From assembly GCA_964057225.1 (NCBI GenBank), contig CAXKVF010000074.1:1-64000 (forward strand): a DNA stretch of 64,000 nucleotides, given 5' to 3'. The number at the start of each line of letters is the position of its first letter. Positions within the stretch are counted from its first letter, which is position 1. Position numbers and translations under genes: made by a program. A model generated the notes under the pieces. The model had not been told where the DNA came from and ran no database searches. It saw only the letters and a list, made by a program, of their open reading frames with translations. Below are positions 1 to 16,349 of the stretch, piece after piece. This DNA is from Auanema rhodensis. Taxonomy: Eukaryota > Animalia > Nematoda.

Positions 1-2457
1 CCATATTAGTTTAAAAACAATTTTTATTGATATTGGTTCATGGTAACCATGACTTTGAAATTTACGTGAACTTTAATTTATGCTAATTAAATGTACACGT
101 GATGTGCACTTGGATGTAACTCGCTTCACGTGAAAGATAAAGAGATGCGGTTTTCAAAATTAGATTCCTCATGTCCATATTAGTCTAAAAACAAATTTTT
201 ATTGATTTTGGTTCATGGTAACCATGACTTTGAAATTTACGTGAACTTTAATTTATGCTAATTAAAAGTACACGTGATGTGCACTTGGTATGTAACTCGC
301 TTCACGTGAAAGATAAGAGATGCGGTTTTCAAAATTAGATTCCCCATGTCCATATTAGTCTAAAAACAAATTTTTATTGATATTGGTGCATGGTAACCAT
401 GACTTTGAAAGTTACGTGAACTTTAATTTATGCTAATTAAATGTACACGTGATGTGCACTTGGTATGTAACTCGCTTCACGTGAAAGATAAAGAGATGCG
501 GTTTTCAAAATTAGATTCCCCATGTCCATATTAGTCTAAAAACAAATTTTTATTGATATTGGTGCATGGTAACCATGACTTTGAAATTTACGTGAACTTT
601 AATTTATGCTAATTAAATGTACACGTGATGTGCACTTGATATGTAACTCGCTTCACGTGAAAGATGAAGAGATGCGGTTTTCAAAATTAGATTCCCCATG
701 TCCCATATTAGTCTAAAACAAATTTTTATTGATATTGGTGCATGGTAACCATGACTTTGAAATTTACGTGAACTTTAATTTATGCTAATTAAATGTACAC
801 GTGATGTGAACTTGGTATGTAACTCGCTTCACGTGAAAGATAAAGAGATGCGGTTTTCAAAATTAGATTCCCCATGTCCATATTAGTCTAAAAACAAATT
901 TTTATTGATATTGGTGCATGGTAACCATGACTTTGAAATTTACGTGAACTTTAATTTATGCTAATTAAATGTACACGTGATGTGCACTTGGTATGTAACT
1001 CGCTTCACGTGAAAGATAAAGAGATGCGGTTTTCAAAATTAGATTCCCCATGTCCATATTAGTCTAAAAACAAATTTTTATTGATATTGGTGCATGGTAA
1101 CCATGACTTTGAAATTTACGTGAACTTTAATTTATGCTAATTAAATGTACACGTGATGTGCACTTGATATGTAACTCGCTTCACGTGAAAGATGAAGAGA
1201 TGCGGTTTTCAAAATTAGATTCCCCATGTCCATATTAGTCTAAAAACAAATTTTATTGATATTGGTGCATGGTAACCATGACTTTGAAATTTACGTGAAC
1301 TTTAATTTATGCTAATTAAATGTACACGTGATGTGCACTTGGTATGTAACTCGCTTCACGTGAAAGATAAAGAGATGCGGTTTTCAAAATTAGATTCCCC
1401 ATGTCCATATTAGTCTAAAAACAAATTTTTATTGATATTGGTGCATGGTAACCATGACTTTGAAATTTACGTGAACTTTAATTTATGCTAATTAAATGTA
1501 CACGTGATGTGCACTTGGTATGTAACTCGCTTCACGTGAAAGATAAGGAGATGCGGTTTTCAAAATTAGATTCCCCATGTCCATATTAGTCTAAAAACAA
1601 ATTTTTATTGATATTGGTTCATGGTAACCATGACTTTGAAATTTACGTGAACTTTAATTTATGCTAATTAAATGTACACGTGATGTGCACTTGGTATGTA
1701 ACTCGCTTCACGTGAAAGATAAAGAGATGCGGTTTTCAAAATTAGATTCCCCATGTCCATATTAGTTTAAAAAAAATTTTTATTGATATTGGTTCATGGT
1801 AACCATGACTTTGAAATTTACGTGAACTTTAATTTATGCTAATTAAATGTACACGTGATGTGCACTTGGTATGTAACTCGCTTCACGTGAAAGATAAAGA
1901 GATGCGGTTTTCAAAATTAGATTCCTCATGTCCATATTAGTCTAAAAACAAATTTTTATTGATTTTGGTTCATGGTAACCATGACTTTGAAATTTACGTG
2001 AACTTTAATTTATGCTAATTAAAGTACACGTGATGTGCACTTGGTATGTAACTCGCTTCACGTGAAAGATAAAGAGATGCGGTTTTCAAATTAGATTCCC
2101 CATGTCCATATTAGTCTAAAAACAAATTTTTATTGATATTGGTGCATGGTAACCATGACTTTGAAAGTTACGTGAACTTTAATTTATGCTAATTAAATGT
2201 ACACGTGATGTGCACTTGGTATGTAACTCGCTTCACGTGAAAGATAAAGAGATGCGGTTTTCAAAATTAGATTCCCCATGTCCATATTAGTCTAAAAACA
2301 AATTTTTATTGATATTGGTGCATGGTAACCATGACTTTGAAATTTACGTGAACTTTAATTTATGCTAATTAAATGTACACGTGATGTGCACTTGATATGT
2401 AACTCGCTTCACGTGAAAGATGAAGAGATGCGGTTTTCAAAATTAGATTCCCCATGT
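1..2457 (+). repeat. Higher-order duplication with 10-monomer offset (monomers 1-4 recur as monomers 11-14)
   Basis: The ordered series AGTTTAAA+ATTCCTCATG / GATTTTGG+altered AAATGTAC / GAAAGTTACG / TTGATATG+GATGAAG occurs at 1-~701 and again at 1757-2457. Confidence 0.88.
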
Positions 2458-5400
2458 CCATATTAGTCTAAAAACAAATTTTTATTGATATTGGTGCATG
2501 GTAACCATGACTTTGAAATTTACGTGAACTTTAATTTATGCTAATTAAATGTACACGTGATGTGCACTTGGTATGTAACTCGCTTCACGTGAAAGATAAA
2601 GAGATGCGGTTTTCAAAATTAGATTCCCCATGTCCATATTAGTCTAAAAACAAATTTTTATTGATATTGGTGCATGGTAACCATGACTTTGAAATTTACG
2701 TGAACTTTAATTTATGCTAATTAAATGTACACGTGATGTGCACTTGGTATGTAACTCGCTTCACGTGAAAGATAAAGAGATGCGGTTTTCAAAATTAGAT
2801 TCCCCATGTCCATATTAGTCTAAAAACAAATTTTTATTGATATTGGTGCATGGTAACCATGACTTTGAAATTTACGTGAACTTTAATTTATGCTAATTAA
2901 ATGTACACGTGATGTGCACTTGGTATGTAACTCGCTTCACGTGAAAGATAAAGAGATGCGGTTTTCAAAATTAGATTCCCCATGTCCATATTAGTCTAAA
3001 AACAAATTTTTATTGATATTGGTTCATGGTAACCATGACTTTGAAATTTACGTGAACTTTAATTTATGCTAATTAAATGTACACGTGATGTGCACTTGGT
3101 ATGTAACTCGCTTCACGTGAAAGATAAAGAGATGCGGTTTTCAAAATTAGATTCCCCATGTCCATATTAGTCTAAAAACAAATTTTTATTGATATTGGTG
3201 CATGGTAACCATGACTTTGAAATTTACGTGAACTTTAATTTATGCTAATTAAATGTACACGTGATGTGCACTTGGTATGTAACTCGCTTCACGTGAAAGA
3301 TAAGAGATGCGGTTTTCAAAATTAGATTCCCCATGTCCATATTAGTCTAAAAACAAATTTTTATTGATATTGGTTCATGGTAACCATGACTTTGAAATTT
3401 ACGTGAACTTTAATTTATGCTAATTAAATGTACACGTGATGTGCACTTGGTATGTAACTCGCTTCACGTGAAAGATAAAGAGATGCGGTTTTCAAAATTA
3501 GATTCCCCATGTCCATATTAGTCTAAAAACAAATTTTTATTGATATTGGTGCATGGTAACCATGACTTTGAAATTTACGTGAACTTTAATTTATGCTAAT
3601 TAAATGTACACGTGATGTGCACTTGGTATGTAACTCGCTTCACGTGAAAGATGAAAGAGATGCGGTTTTCAAAATTAGATTCCCCATGTCCATATTAGTC
3701 TAAAAACAAATTTTTATTGATATTGGTGCATGGTAACCATGACTTTGAAATTTACGTGAACTTTAATTTATGCTAATTAAATGTACACGTGATGTGCACT
3801 TGGTATGTAACTCGCTTCACGTGAAAGATAAAGAGATGCGGTTTTCAAAATTAGATTCCCCATGTCCATATTAGTCTAAAAACAAATTTTTATTGATATT
3901 GGTGCATGGTAACCATGACTTTGAAATTTACGTGAACTTTAATTTATGCTAATTAAATGTACACGTGATGTGCACTTGGTATGTAACTCGCTTCACGTGA
4001 AAGATAAAGAGATGCGGTTTTCAAATTAGATTCCCCATGTCCATATTAGTCTAAAAACAAATTTTTATTGATATTGCTTCATGGTAACCATGACTTTGAA
4101 ATTTACGTGAACTTTAATTTATGCTAATTAAATGTACACGTGATGTGCACTTGGTATGTAACTCGCTTCACGTGAAAGATAAGAGATGCGGTTTTCAAAA
4201 TTAGATTTCCCATGTCCATATTAGTCTAAAAACAAATTTTTATTGATATTGGTGCATGGTAACCATGACTTTGAAATTTACGTGAACTTTAATTTATGCT
4301 AATTAAATGTACACGTGATGTGCACTTGGTATGTAACTCGCTTCACGTGAAAGATGAAGAGATGCGGTTTTCAAAATTAGATTCCCCATGTCCATATTAG
4401 TCTGAAAACAAATTTTTATTGATATTGGTGCATGGTAACCATGACTTTGAAATTTACGTGAACTTTAATTTATGCTAATTAAATGTACACGTGATGTGCA
4501 CTTGGTATGTAACTCGCTTCACGTGAAAGATAAAGAGATGCGGTTTTCAAAATTAGATTCCCCATGTCCATATTAGTCTAAAAACAAATTTTTATTGATA
4601 TTGGTGCATGGTAACCATGACTTTGAAATTTACGTGAACTTTAATTTATGCTAATTAAATGTACACGTGATGTGCACTTGGTATGTAACTCGCTTCACGT
4701 GAAAGATAAAGAGATGCCGTTTTCAAAATTAGATTCCCCATGTCCATATTAGTCTAAAAACAAATTTTTATTGATATTGGTGCATGGTAACCATGACTTT
4801 GAAATTTACGTGAACTTTAATTTATGCTAATTAAATGTACACGTGATGTGCACTTGGTATGTAACTCGCTTCACGTGAAAGATGAAGAGATGCGGTTTTC
4901 AAAATTAGATTCCCCATGTCCATATTAGTCTGAAAACAAATTTTTATTGATATTGGTGCATGGTAACCATGACTTTGAAATTTACGTGAACTTTAATTTA
5001 TGCTAATTAAATGTACACGTGATGTGCACTTGGTATGTAACTCGCTTCACGTGAAAGATAAAGAGATGCGGTTTTCAAAATTAGATTCCCCATGTCCATA
5101 TTAGTCTAAAAACAAATTTTTATTGATATTGGTGCATGGTAACCATGACTTTGAAATTTACGTGAACTTTAATTTATGCTAATTAAATGTACACGTGATG
5201 TGCACTTGGTATGTAACTCGCTTCACGTGAAAGATAAAGAGATGCGGTTTTCAAAATTAGATTCCCCATGTCCATATTAGTCTAAAAACAAATTTTTATT
5301 GATATTGGTGCATGGTAACCATGACTTTGAAATTTACGTGAACTTTAATTTATGCTAATTAAATGTACACGTGATGTGCACTTGGTATGTAACTCGCTTC

Positions 5401-8400
5401 ACGTGAAAGATAAAGAGATGCGGTTTTCAAAATTAGATTCCCCATGTCCATATTAGTCTAAAAACAAATTTTTATTGATATTGGTGCATGGTAACCATGA
5501 CTTTGAAATTTACGTGAACTTTAATTTATGCTAATTAAATGTACACGTGATGTGCACTTGGTATGTAACTCGCTTCACGTGAAAGATAAGAGATGCGGTT
5601 TTCAAAATTAGATTCCCCATGTCCATATTAGTCTAAAAACAAATTTTTATTGATATTGGTGCATGGTAACCATGACTTTGAAATTTACGTGAACTTTAAT
5701 TTATGCTAATTAAATGTACACGTGATGTGCACTTGGTATGTAACTCGCTTCACGTGAAAGATAAAGAGATGCGGTTTTCAAAATTAGATTCCCCATGTCC
5801 ATATTAGTCTAAAAACAAATTTTTATTGATATTGGTGCATGGTAACCATGACTTTGAAATTTACGTGAACTTTAATTTATGCTAATTAAATGTACACGTG
5901 ATGTGCACTTGGTATGTAACTCGCTTCACGTGAAAGATAAAGAGATGCGGTTTTCAAAATTAGATTCCCCATGTCCATATTAGTCTAAAAACAAATTTTT
6001 ATTGATATTGGTGCATGGTAACCATGACTTTGAAATTTACGTGAACTTTAATTTATGCTAATTAAATGTACACGTGATGTGCACTTGGTATGTAACTCGC
6101 TTCACGTGAAAGATAAAGAGATGCGGTTTTCAAAATTAGATTCCCCATGTCCATATTAGTCTAAAAACAAATTTTTATTGATATTGGTGCATGGTAACCA
6201 TGACTTTGAAATTTACGTGAACTTTAATTTATGCTAATTAAATGTACACGTGATGTGCACTTGGTATGTAACTCGCTTCACGTGAAAGATAAAGAGATGC
6301 GGTTTTCAAATTAGATTCCCCATGTCCATATTAGTCTAAAAACAAATTTTTATTGATATTGGTGCATGGTAACCATGACTTTGAAATTTACGTGAACTTT
6401 AATTTATGCTAATTAAATGTACACGTGATGTGCACTTGGTATGTAACTCGCTTCACGTGAAAGATAAAGAGATGCGGTTTTCAAAATTAGATTCCCCATG
6501 TCCATATTAGTCTAAAAACAAATTTTTATTGATATTGGTGCATGGTAACCATGACTTTGAAATTTACGTGAACTTTAATTTATGCTAATTAAATGTACAC
6601 GTGATGTGCACTTGGTATGTAACTCGCTTCACGTGAAAGATAAAGAGATGCGGTTTTCAAAATTAGATTCCCCATGTCCATATTAGTCTAAAAACAAATT
6701 TTTATTGATATTGGTGCATGGTAACCATGACTTTGAAATTTACGTGAACTTTAATTTATGCTAATTAAATGTACACGTGATGTGCACTTGGTATGTAACT
6801 CGCTTCACGTGAAAGATAAGAGATGCGGTTTTCAAAATTAGATTCCCCATGTCCATATTAGTCTAAAAACAAATTTTTATTGATATTGGTGCATGGTAAC
6901 CATGACTTTGAAATTTACGTGAACTTTAATTTATGCTAATTAAATGTACACGTGATGTGCACTTGGTATGTAACTCGCTTCACGTGAAAGATAAAGAGAT
7001 GCGGTTTTCAAAATTAGATTCCCCATGTCCATATTAGTCTAAAAACAAATTTTTATTGATATTGGTGCATGGTAACCATGACTTTGAAATTTACGTGAAC
7101 TTTAATTTATGCTAATTAAATGTACACGTGATGTGCACTTGGTATGTAACTCGCTTCACGTGAAAGATAAAGAGATGCGGTTTTCAAAATTAGATTCCCC
7201 ATGTCCATATTAGTCTAAAAACAAATTTTTATTGATATTGGTGCATGGTAACCATGACTTTGAAATTTACGTGAACTTTAATTTATGCTAATTAAATGTA
7301 CACGTGATGTGCACTTGGTATGTAACTCGCTTCACGTGAAAGATAAAGAGATGCGGTTTTCAAATTAGATTCCCCATGTCCATATTAGTCTAAAAACAAA
7401 TTTTTATTGATATTGGTGCATGGTAACCATGACTTTGAAATTTACGTGAACTTTAATTTATGCTAATTAAATGTACACGTGATGTGCACTTGGTATGTAA
7501 CTCGCTTCACGTGAAAGATGAAGAGATGCGGTTTTCAAAATTAGATTCCCCATGTCCATATTAGTCTAAAAACAAATTTTTATTGATATTGGTGCATGGT
7601 AACCATGACTTTGAAATTTACGTGAACTTTAATTTATGCTAATTAAATGTACACGTGATGTGCACTTGGTATGTAACTCGCTTCACGTGAAAGATAAAGA
7701 GATGCGGTTTTCAAAATTAGATTCCCCATGTCCATATTAGTCTAAAAACAAATTTTTATTGATATTGGTGCATGGTAACCATGACTTTGAAATTTACGTG
7801 AACTTTAATTTATGCTAATTAAATGTACACGTGATGTGCACTTGGTATGTAACTCGCTTCACGTGAAAGATAAAGAGATGCGGTTTTCAAAATTAGATTC
7901 CCCATGTCCATATTAGTCTAAAAACAAATTTTTATTGATATTGGTGCATGGTAACCATGACTTTGAAATTTACGTGAACTTTAATTTATGCTAATTAAAT
8001 GTACACGTGATGTGCACTTGGTATGTAACTCGCTTCACGTGAAAGATAAAGAGATGCGGTTTTCAAATTAGATTCCCCATGTCCATATTAGTCTAAAAAC
8101 AAATTTTTATTGATATTGGTGCATGGTAACCATGACTTTGAAATTTACGTGAACTTTAATTTATGCTAATTAAATGTACACGTGATGTGCACTTGATATG
8201 TAACTCGCTTCACGTGAAAGATGAAGAGATGCGGTTTTCAAAATTAGATTCCCCATGTCCATATTAGTCTAAAAACAAATTTTTATTGATATTGGTGCAT
8301 GGTAACCATGACTTTGAAATTTACGTGAACTTTAATTTATGCTAATTAAATGTACACGTGATGTGCACTTGGTATGTAACTCGCTTCACGTGAAAGATAA

Positions 8401-11400
8401 AGAGATGCGGTTTTCAAAATTAGATTCCCCATGTCCATATTAGTCTAAAAACAAATTTTTATTGATATTGGTGCATGGTAACCATGACTTTGAAATTTAC
8501 GTGAACTTTAATTTATGCTAATTAAATGTACACGTGATGTGCACTTGGTATGTAACTCGCTTCACGTGAAAGATAAAGAGATGCGGTTTTCAAAATTAGA
8601 TTCCCCATGTCCATATTAGTCTAAAAACAAATTTTTATTGATATTGGTGCATGGTAACCATGACTTTGAAATTTACGTGAACTTTAATTTATGCTAATTA
8701 AATGTACACGTGATGTGCACTTGGTATGTAACTCGCTTCACGTGAAAGATAAAGAGATGCGGTTTTCAAAATTAGATTCCCCATGTCCATATTAGTCTAA
8801 AAACAAATTTTTATTGATATTGGTGCATGGTAACCATGACTTTGAAATTTACGTGAACTTTAATTTATGCTAATTAAATGTACACGTGATGTGCACTTGA
8901 TATGTAACTCGCTTCACGTGAAAGATGAAGAGATTGCGGTTTTCAAAATTAGATTCCCCATGTCCATATTAGTCTAAAAACAAATTTTTATTGATATTGG
9001 TGCATGGTAACCATGACTTTGAAATTTACGTGAACTTTAATTTATGCTAATTAAATGTACACGTGATGTGCACTTGGTATGTAACTCGCTTCACGTGAAA
9101 GATAAAGAGATGCGGTTTTCAAAATTAGATTCCCCATGTCCATATTAGTCTAAAAACAAATTTTTATTGATATTGGTGCATGGTAACCATGACTTTGAAA
9201 TTTACGTGAACTTTAATTTATGCTAATTAAATGTACACGTGATGTGCACTTGGTATGTAACTCGCTTCACGTGAAAGATAAAGAGATGCGGTTTTCAAAT
9301 TAGATTCCCCATGTCCATATTAGTCTAAAAACAAATTTTTATTGATATTGGTGCATGGTAACCATGACTTTGAAATTTACGTGAACTTTAATTTATGCTA
9401 ATTAAATGTACACGTGATGTGCACTTGGTATGTAACTCGCTTCACGTGAAAGATGAAGAGATGCGGTTTTCAAAATTAGATTCCCCATGTCCATATTAGT
9501 CTAAAAACAAATTTTTATTGATATTGGTGCATGGTAACCATGACTTTGAAATTTACGTGAACTTTAATTTATGCTAATTAAATGTACACGTGATGTGCAC
9601 TTGGTATGTAACTCGCTTCACGTGAAAGATAAAGAGATGCGGTTTTCAAAATTAGATTCCCCATGTCCATATTAGTCTAAAAACAAATTTTTATTGATAT
9701 TGGTGCATGGTAACCATGACTTTGAAATTTACGTGAACTTTAATTTATGCTAATTAAATGTACACGTGATGTGCACTTGGTATGTAACTCGCTTCACGTG
9801 AAAGATAAAGAGATGCGGTTTTCAAAATTAGATTCCCCATGTCCATATTAGTCTAAAAACAAATTTTTATTGATATTGGTGCATGGTAACCATGACTTTG
9901 AAATTTACGTGAACTTTAATTTATGCTAATTAAATGTACACGTGATGTGCACTTGGTATGTAACTCGCTTCACGTGAAAGATAAGAGATGCGGTTTTCAA
10001 AATTAGATTCCCCATGTCCATATTAGTCTAAAAACAAATTTTTATTGATATTGGTGCATGGTAACCATGACTTTGAAATTTACGTGAACTTTAATTTATG
10101 CTAATTAAATGTACACGTGATGTGCACTTGGTATGTAACTCGCTTCACGTGAAAGATAAAGAGATGCGGTTTTCAAAATTAGATTCCCCATGTCCATATT
10201 AGTCTAAAAACAAATTTTTATTGATATTGGTGCATGGTAACCATGACTTTGAAATTTACGTGAACTTTAATTTATGCTAATTAAATGTACACGTGATGTG
10301 CACTTGGTATGTAACTCGCTTCACGTGAAAGATGAAGAGATGCGGTTTTCAAAATTAGATTCCCCATGTCCATATTAGTCTAAAAACAAATTTTTATTGA
10401 TATTGGTGCATGGTAACCATGACTTTGAAATTTACGTGAACTTTAATTTATGCTAATTAAATGTACACGTGATGTGCACTTGGTATGTAACTCGCTTCAC
10501 GTGAAAGATAAAGAGATGCGGTTTCAAAATTAGATTCCCCATGTCCATATTAGTCTAAAAACAAATTTTTATTGATATTGGTGCATGGTAACCATGACTT
10601 TGAAATTTACGTGAACTTTAATTTATGCTAATTAAATGTACACGTGATGTGCACTTGGTATGTAACTCGCTTCACGTGAAAGATAAAGAGATGCGGTTTT
10701 CAAAATTAGATTCCCCATGTCCATATTAGTCTAAAAACAAATTTTATTGATATTGGTGCATGGTAACCATGACTTTGAAATTTACGTGAACTTTAATTTA
10801 TGCTAATTAAATGTACACGTGATGTGCACTTGGTATGTAACTCGCTTCACGTGAAAGATAAAGAGATGCGGTTTTCAAAATTAGATTCCCCATGTCCATA
10901 TTAGTCTAAAAACAAATTTTTATTGATATTGGTGCATGGTAACCATGACTTTGAAATTTACGTGAACTTTAATTTATGCTAATTAAATGTACACGTGATG
11001 TGCACTTGGTATGTAACTCGCTTCACGTGAAAGATGAAGAGATGCGGTTTTCAAATTAGATTCCCCATGTCCATATTAGTCTAAAAACAAATTTTTATTG
11101 ATATTGGTGCATGGTAACCATGACTTTGAAATTTACGTGAACTTTAATTTATGCTAATTAAATGTACACGTGATGTGCACTTGGTATGTAACTCGCTTCA
11201 CGTGAAAGATAAAGAGATGCGGTTTTCAAAATTAGATTCCCCATGTCCATATTAGTCTAAAAACAAATTTTTATTGATATTGGTGCATGGTAACCATGAC
11301 TTTGAAATTTACGTGAACTTTAATTTATGCTAATTAAATGTACACGTGATGTGCACTTGGTATGTAACTCGCTTCACGTGAAAGATAAAGAGATGCGGTT

Positions 11401-14400
11401 TTCAAAATTAGATTCCCCATGTCCATATTAGTCTAAAAACAAATTTTTATTGATATTGGTGCATGGTAACCATGACTTTGAAATTTACGTGAACTTTAAT
11501 TTATGCTAATTAAATGTACACGTGATGTGCACTTGGTATGTAACTCGCTTCACGTGAAAGATAAAGAGATGCGGTTTTCAAAATTAGATTCCCCATGTCC
11601 ATATTAGTCTAAAAACAAATTTTTATTGATATTGGTGCATGGTAACCATGACTTTGAAATTTACGTGAACTTTAATTTATGCTAATTAAATGTACACGTG
11701 ATGTGCACTTGGTATGTAACTCGCTTCACGTGAAAGATGAAGAGATGCGGTTTTCAAAATTAGATTCCCCATGTCCATATTAGTCTAAAAACAAATTTTT
11801 ATTGATATTGGTGCATGGTAACCATGACTTTGAAATTTACGTGAACTTTAATTTATGCTAATTAAATGTACACGTGATGTGCACTTGGTATGTAACTCGC
11901 TTCACGTGAAAGATAAAGAGATGCGGTTTTCAAAATTAGATTCCCCATGTCCATATTAGTCTAAAAACAAATTTTTATTGATATTGGTGCATGGTAACCA
12001 TGACTTTGAAATTTACGTGAACTTTAATTTATGCTAATTAAATGTACACGTGATGTGCACTTGGTATGTAACTCGCTTCACGTGAAAGATAAGAGATGCG
12101 GTTTTCAAAATTAGATTCCCCATGTCCATATTAGTCTAAAACAAATTTTTATTGATATTGGTGCATGGTAACCATGACTTTGAAATTTACGTGAACTTTA
12201 ATTTATGCTAATTAAATGTACACGTGATGTGCACTTGGTATGTAACTCGCTTCACGTGAAAGATAGAAGAGATGCGGTTTTCAAAATTAGATTCCCCATG
12301 TCCATATTAGTCTAAAAACAAATTTTTATTGATATTGGTGCATGGTAACCATGACTTTGAAATTTACGTGAACTTTAATTTATGCTAATTAAATGTACAC
12401 GTGATGTGCACTTGGTATGTAACTCGCTTCACGTGAAAGATAAGAGATGCGGTTTTCAAAATTAGATTCCCCATGTCCATATTAGTCTAAAACAAATTTT
12501 TATTGATATTGGTGCATGGTAACCATGACTTTGAAATTTACGTGAACTTTAATTTATGCTAATTAAATGTACACGTGATGTGCACTTGGTATGTAACTCG
12601 CTTCACGTGAAAGATAAAGAGATGCGGTTTTCAAAATTAGATTCCCCATGTCCATATTAGTCTAAAAACAAATTTTTATTGATATTGGTGCATGGTAACC
12701 ATGACTTTGAAATTTACGTGAACTTTAATTTATGCTAATTAAATGTACACGTGATGTGCACTTGGTATGTAACTCGCTTCACGTGAAAGATAAAGAGATG
12801 CGGTTTCAAATTAGATTCCCATGTCCATATTAGTCTAAAAACAAATTTTTATTGATATTGGTGCATGGTAACCATGACTTTGAAATTTACGTGAACTTTA
12901 ATTTATGCTAATTAAATGTACACGTGATGTGCACTTGGTATGTAACTCGCTTCACGTGAAAGATAAAGAGATGCGGTTTTCAAAATTAGATTCCCCATGT
13001 CCATATTAGTCTAAAAACAAATTTTTATTGATATTGGTGCATGGTAACCATGACTTTGAAATTTACGTGAACTTTAATTTATGCTAATTAAATGTACACG
13101 TGATGTGCACTTGGTATGTAACTCGCTTCACGTGAAAGATAAAGAGATGCGGTTTTCAAAATTAGATTCCCCATGTCCATATTAGTCTAAAAACAAATTT
13201 TTATTGATATTGGTGCATGGTAACCATGACTTTGAAATTTACGTGAACTTTAATTTATGCTAATTAAATGTACACGTGATGTGCACTTGGTATGTAACTC
13301 GCTTCACGTGAAAGATGAAGAGATGCGGTTTTCAAAATTAGATTCCCCATGTCCATATTAGTCTAAAAACAAATTTTTATTGATATTGGTGCATGGTAAC
13401 CATGACTTTGAAATTTACGTGAACTTTAATTTATGCTAATTAAATGTACACGTGATGTGCACTTGGTATGTAACTCGCTTCACGTGAAAGATAAAGAGAT
13501 GCGGTTTTCAAAATTAGATTCCCCATGTCCATATTAGTCTAAAAACAAATTTTTATTGATATTGGTGCATGGTAACCATGACTTTGAAATTTACGTGAAC
13601 TTTAATTTATGCTAATTAAATGTACACGTGATGTGCACTTGGTATGTAACTCGCTTCACGTGAAAGATGAAGAGATGCGGTTTTTCAAAATTAGATTCCC
13701 CATGTCCATATTAGTCTAAAAACAAATTTTTATTGATATTGGTGCATGGTAACCATGACTTTGAAATTTACGTGAACTTTAATTTATGCTAATTAAATGT
13801 ACACGTGATGTGCACTTGGTATGTAACTCGCTTCACGTGAAAGATAAAGAGATGCGGTTTTCAAAATTAGATTCCCCATGTCCATATTAGTCTAAAAACA
13901 AATTTTTATTGATATTGGTTCATGGTAACCATGACTTTGAAATTTACGTGAACTTTAATTTATGCTAATTAAATGTACACGTGATGTGCACTTGGTATGT
14001 AACTCGCTTCACGTGAAAGATAAAGAGATGCGGTTTTCAAAATTAGATTCCCCATGTCCATATTAGTCTAAAAACAAATTTTTATTGATATTGGTGCATG
14101 GTAACCATGACTTTGAAATTTACGTGAACTTTAATTTATGCTAATTAAATGTACACGTGATGTGCACTTGGTATGTAACTCGCTTCACGTGAAAGATAAA
14201 GAGATGCGGTTTTCAAAATTAGATTCCCCATGTCCATATTAGTCTAAAAACAAATTTTTATTGATATTGGTGCATGGTAACCATGACTTTGAAATTTACG
14301 TGAACTTTAATTTATGCTAATTAAATGTACACGTGATGTGCACTTGGTATGTAACTCGCTTCACGTGAAAGATAAAGAGATGCGGTTTTCAAAATTAGAT

Positions 14401-16349
14401 TCCCATGTCCATATTAGTCTAAAAACAAATTTTTATTGATATTGGTGCATGGTAACCATGACTTTGAAATTTACGTGAACTTTAATTTATGCTAATTAAA
14501 TGTACACGTGATGTGCACTTGGTATGTAACTCGCTTCACGTGAAAGATGAAGAGATGCGGTTTTCAAAATTAGATTCCCCATGTCCATATTAGTCTAAAA
14601 ACAAATTTTTATTGATATTGGTGCATGGTAACCATGACTTTGAAATTTACGTGAACTTTAATTTATGCTAATTAAATGTACACGTGATGTGCACTTGGTA
14701 TGTAACTCGCTTCACGTGAAAGATAAAGAGATGCGGTTTTCAAAATTAGATTCCCCATGTCCATATTAGTCTAAAACAAATTTTTATTGATATTGGTGCA
14801 TGGTAACCATGACTTTGAAATTTACGTGAACTTTAATTTATGCTAATTAAATGTACACGTGATGTGCACTTGGTATGTAACTCGCTTCACGTGAAAGATA
14901 AAGAGATGCGGTTTTCAAAATTAGATTCCCCATGTCCATATTAGTCTAAAAACAAATTTTTATTGATATTGGTGCATGGTAACCATGACTTTGAAATTTA
15001 CGTGAACTTTAATTTATGCTAATTAAATGTACACGTGATGTGCACTTGGTATGTAACTCGCTTCACGTGAAAGATAAAGAGATGCGGTTTTCAAAATTAG
15101 ATTCCCCATGTCCATATTAGTCTAAAAACAAATTTTTATTGATATTGGTGCATGGTAACCATGACTTTGAAATTTACGTGAACTTTAATTTATGCTAATT
15201 AAATGTACACGTGATGTGCACTTGGTATGTAACTCGCTTCACGTGAAAGATAAAGAGATGCGGTTTTCAAAATTAGATTCCCCATGTCCATATTAGTCTA
15301 AAAACAAATTTTTATTGATATTGGTGCATGGTAACCATGACTTTGAAATTTACGTGAACTTTAATTTATGCTAATTAAATGTACACGTGATGTGCACTTG
15401 GTATGTAACTCGCTTCACGTGAAAGATAAAGAGATGCGGTTTTCAAAATTAGATTCCCCATGTCCATATTAGTCTAAAAACAAATTTTTATTGATATTGG
15501 TGCATGGTAACCATGACTTTGAAATTTACGTGAACTTTAATTTATGCTAATTAAATGTACACGTGATGTGCACTTGGTATGTAACTCGCTTCACGTGAAA
15601 GATAAAGAGATGCGGTTTTCAAATTAGATTCCCCATGTCCATATTAGTCTAAAACAAATTTTTATTGATATTGGTGCATGGTAACCATGACTTTGAAATT
15701 TACGTGAACTTTAATTTATGCTAATTAAATGTACACGTGATGTGCACTTGGTATGTAACTCGCTTCACGTGAAAGATAAGAGATGCGGTTTTCAAAATTA
15801 GATTCCCATGTCCATATTAGTCTAAAAACAAATTTTTATTGATATTGGTGCATGGTAACCATGACTTTGAAATTTACGTGAACTTTAATTTATGCTAATT
15901 AAATGTACACGTGATGTGCACTTGGTATGTAACTCGCTTCACGTGAAAGATAAAGAGATGCGGTTTTCAAAATTAGATTCCCCATGTCCATATTAGTCTA
16001 AAAACAAATTTTTATTGATATTGGTGCATGGTAACCATGACTTTGAAATTTACGTGAACTTTAATTTATGCTAATTAAATGTACACGTGATGTGCACTTG
16101 GTATGTAACTCGCTTCACGTGAAAGATAAAGAGATGCGGTTTTCAAAATTAGATTCCCCATGTCCATATTAGTCTAAAAACAAATTTTTATTGATATTGG
16201 TGCATGGTAACCATGACTTTGAAATTTACGTGAACTTTAATTTATGCTAATTAAATGTACACGTGATGTGCACTTGGTATGTAACTCGCTTCACGTGAAA
16301 GATAAAGAGATGCGGTTTTCAAAATTAGATTCCCCATGTCCATATTAGT

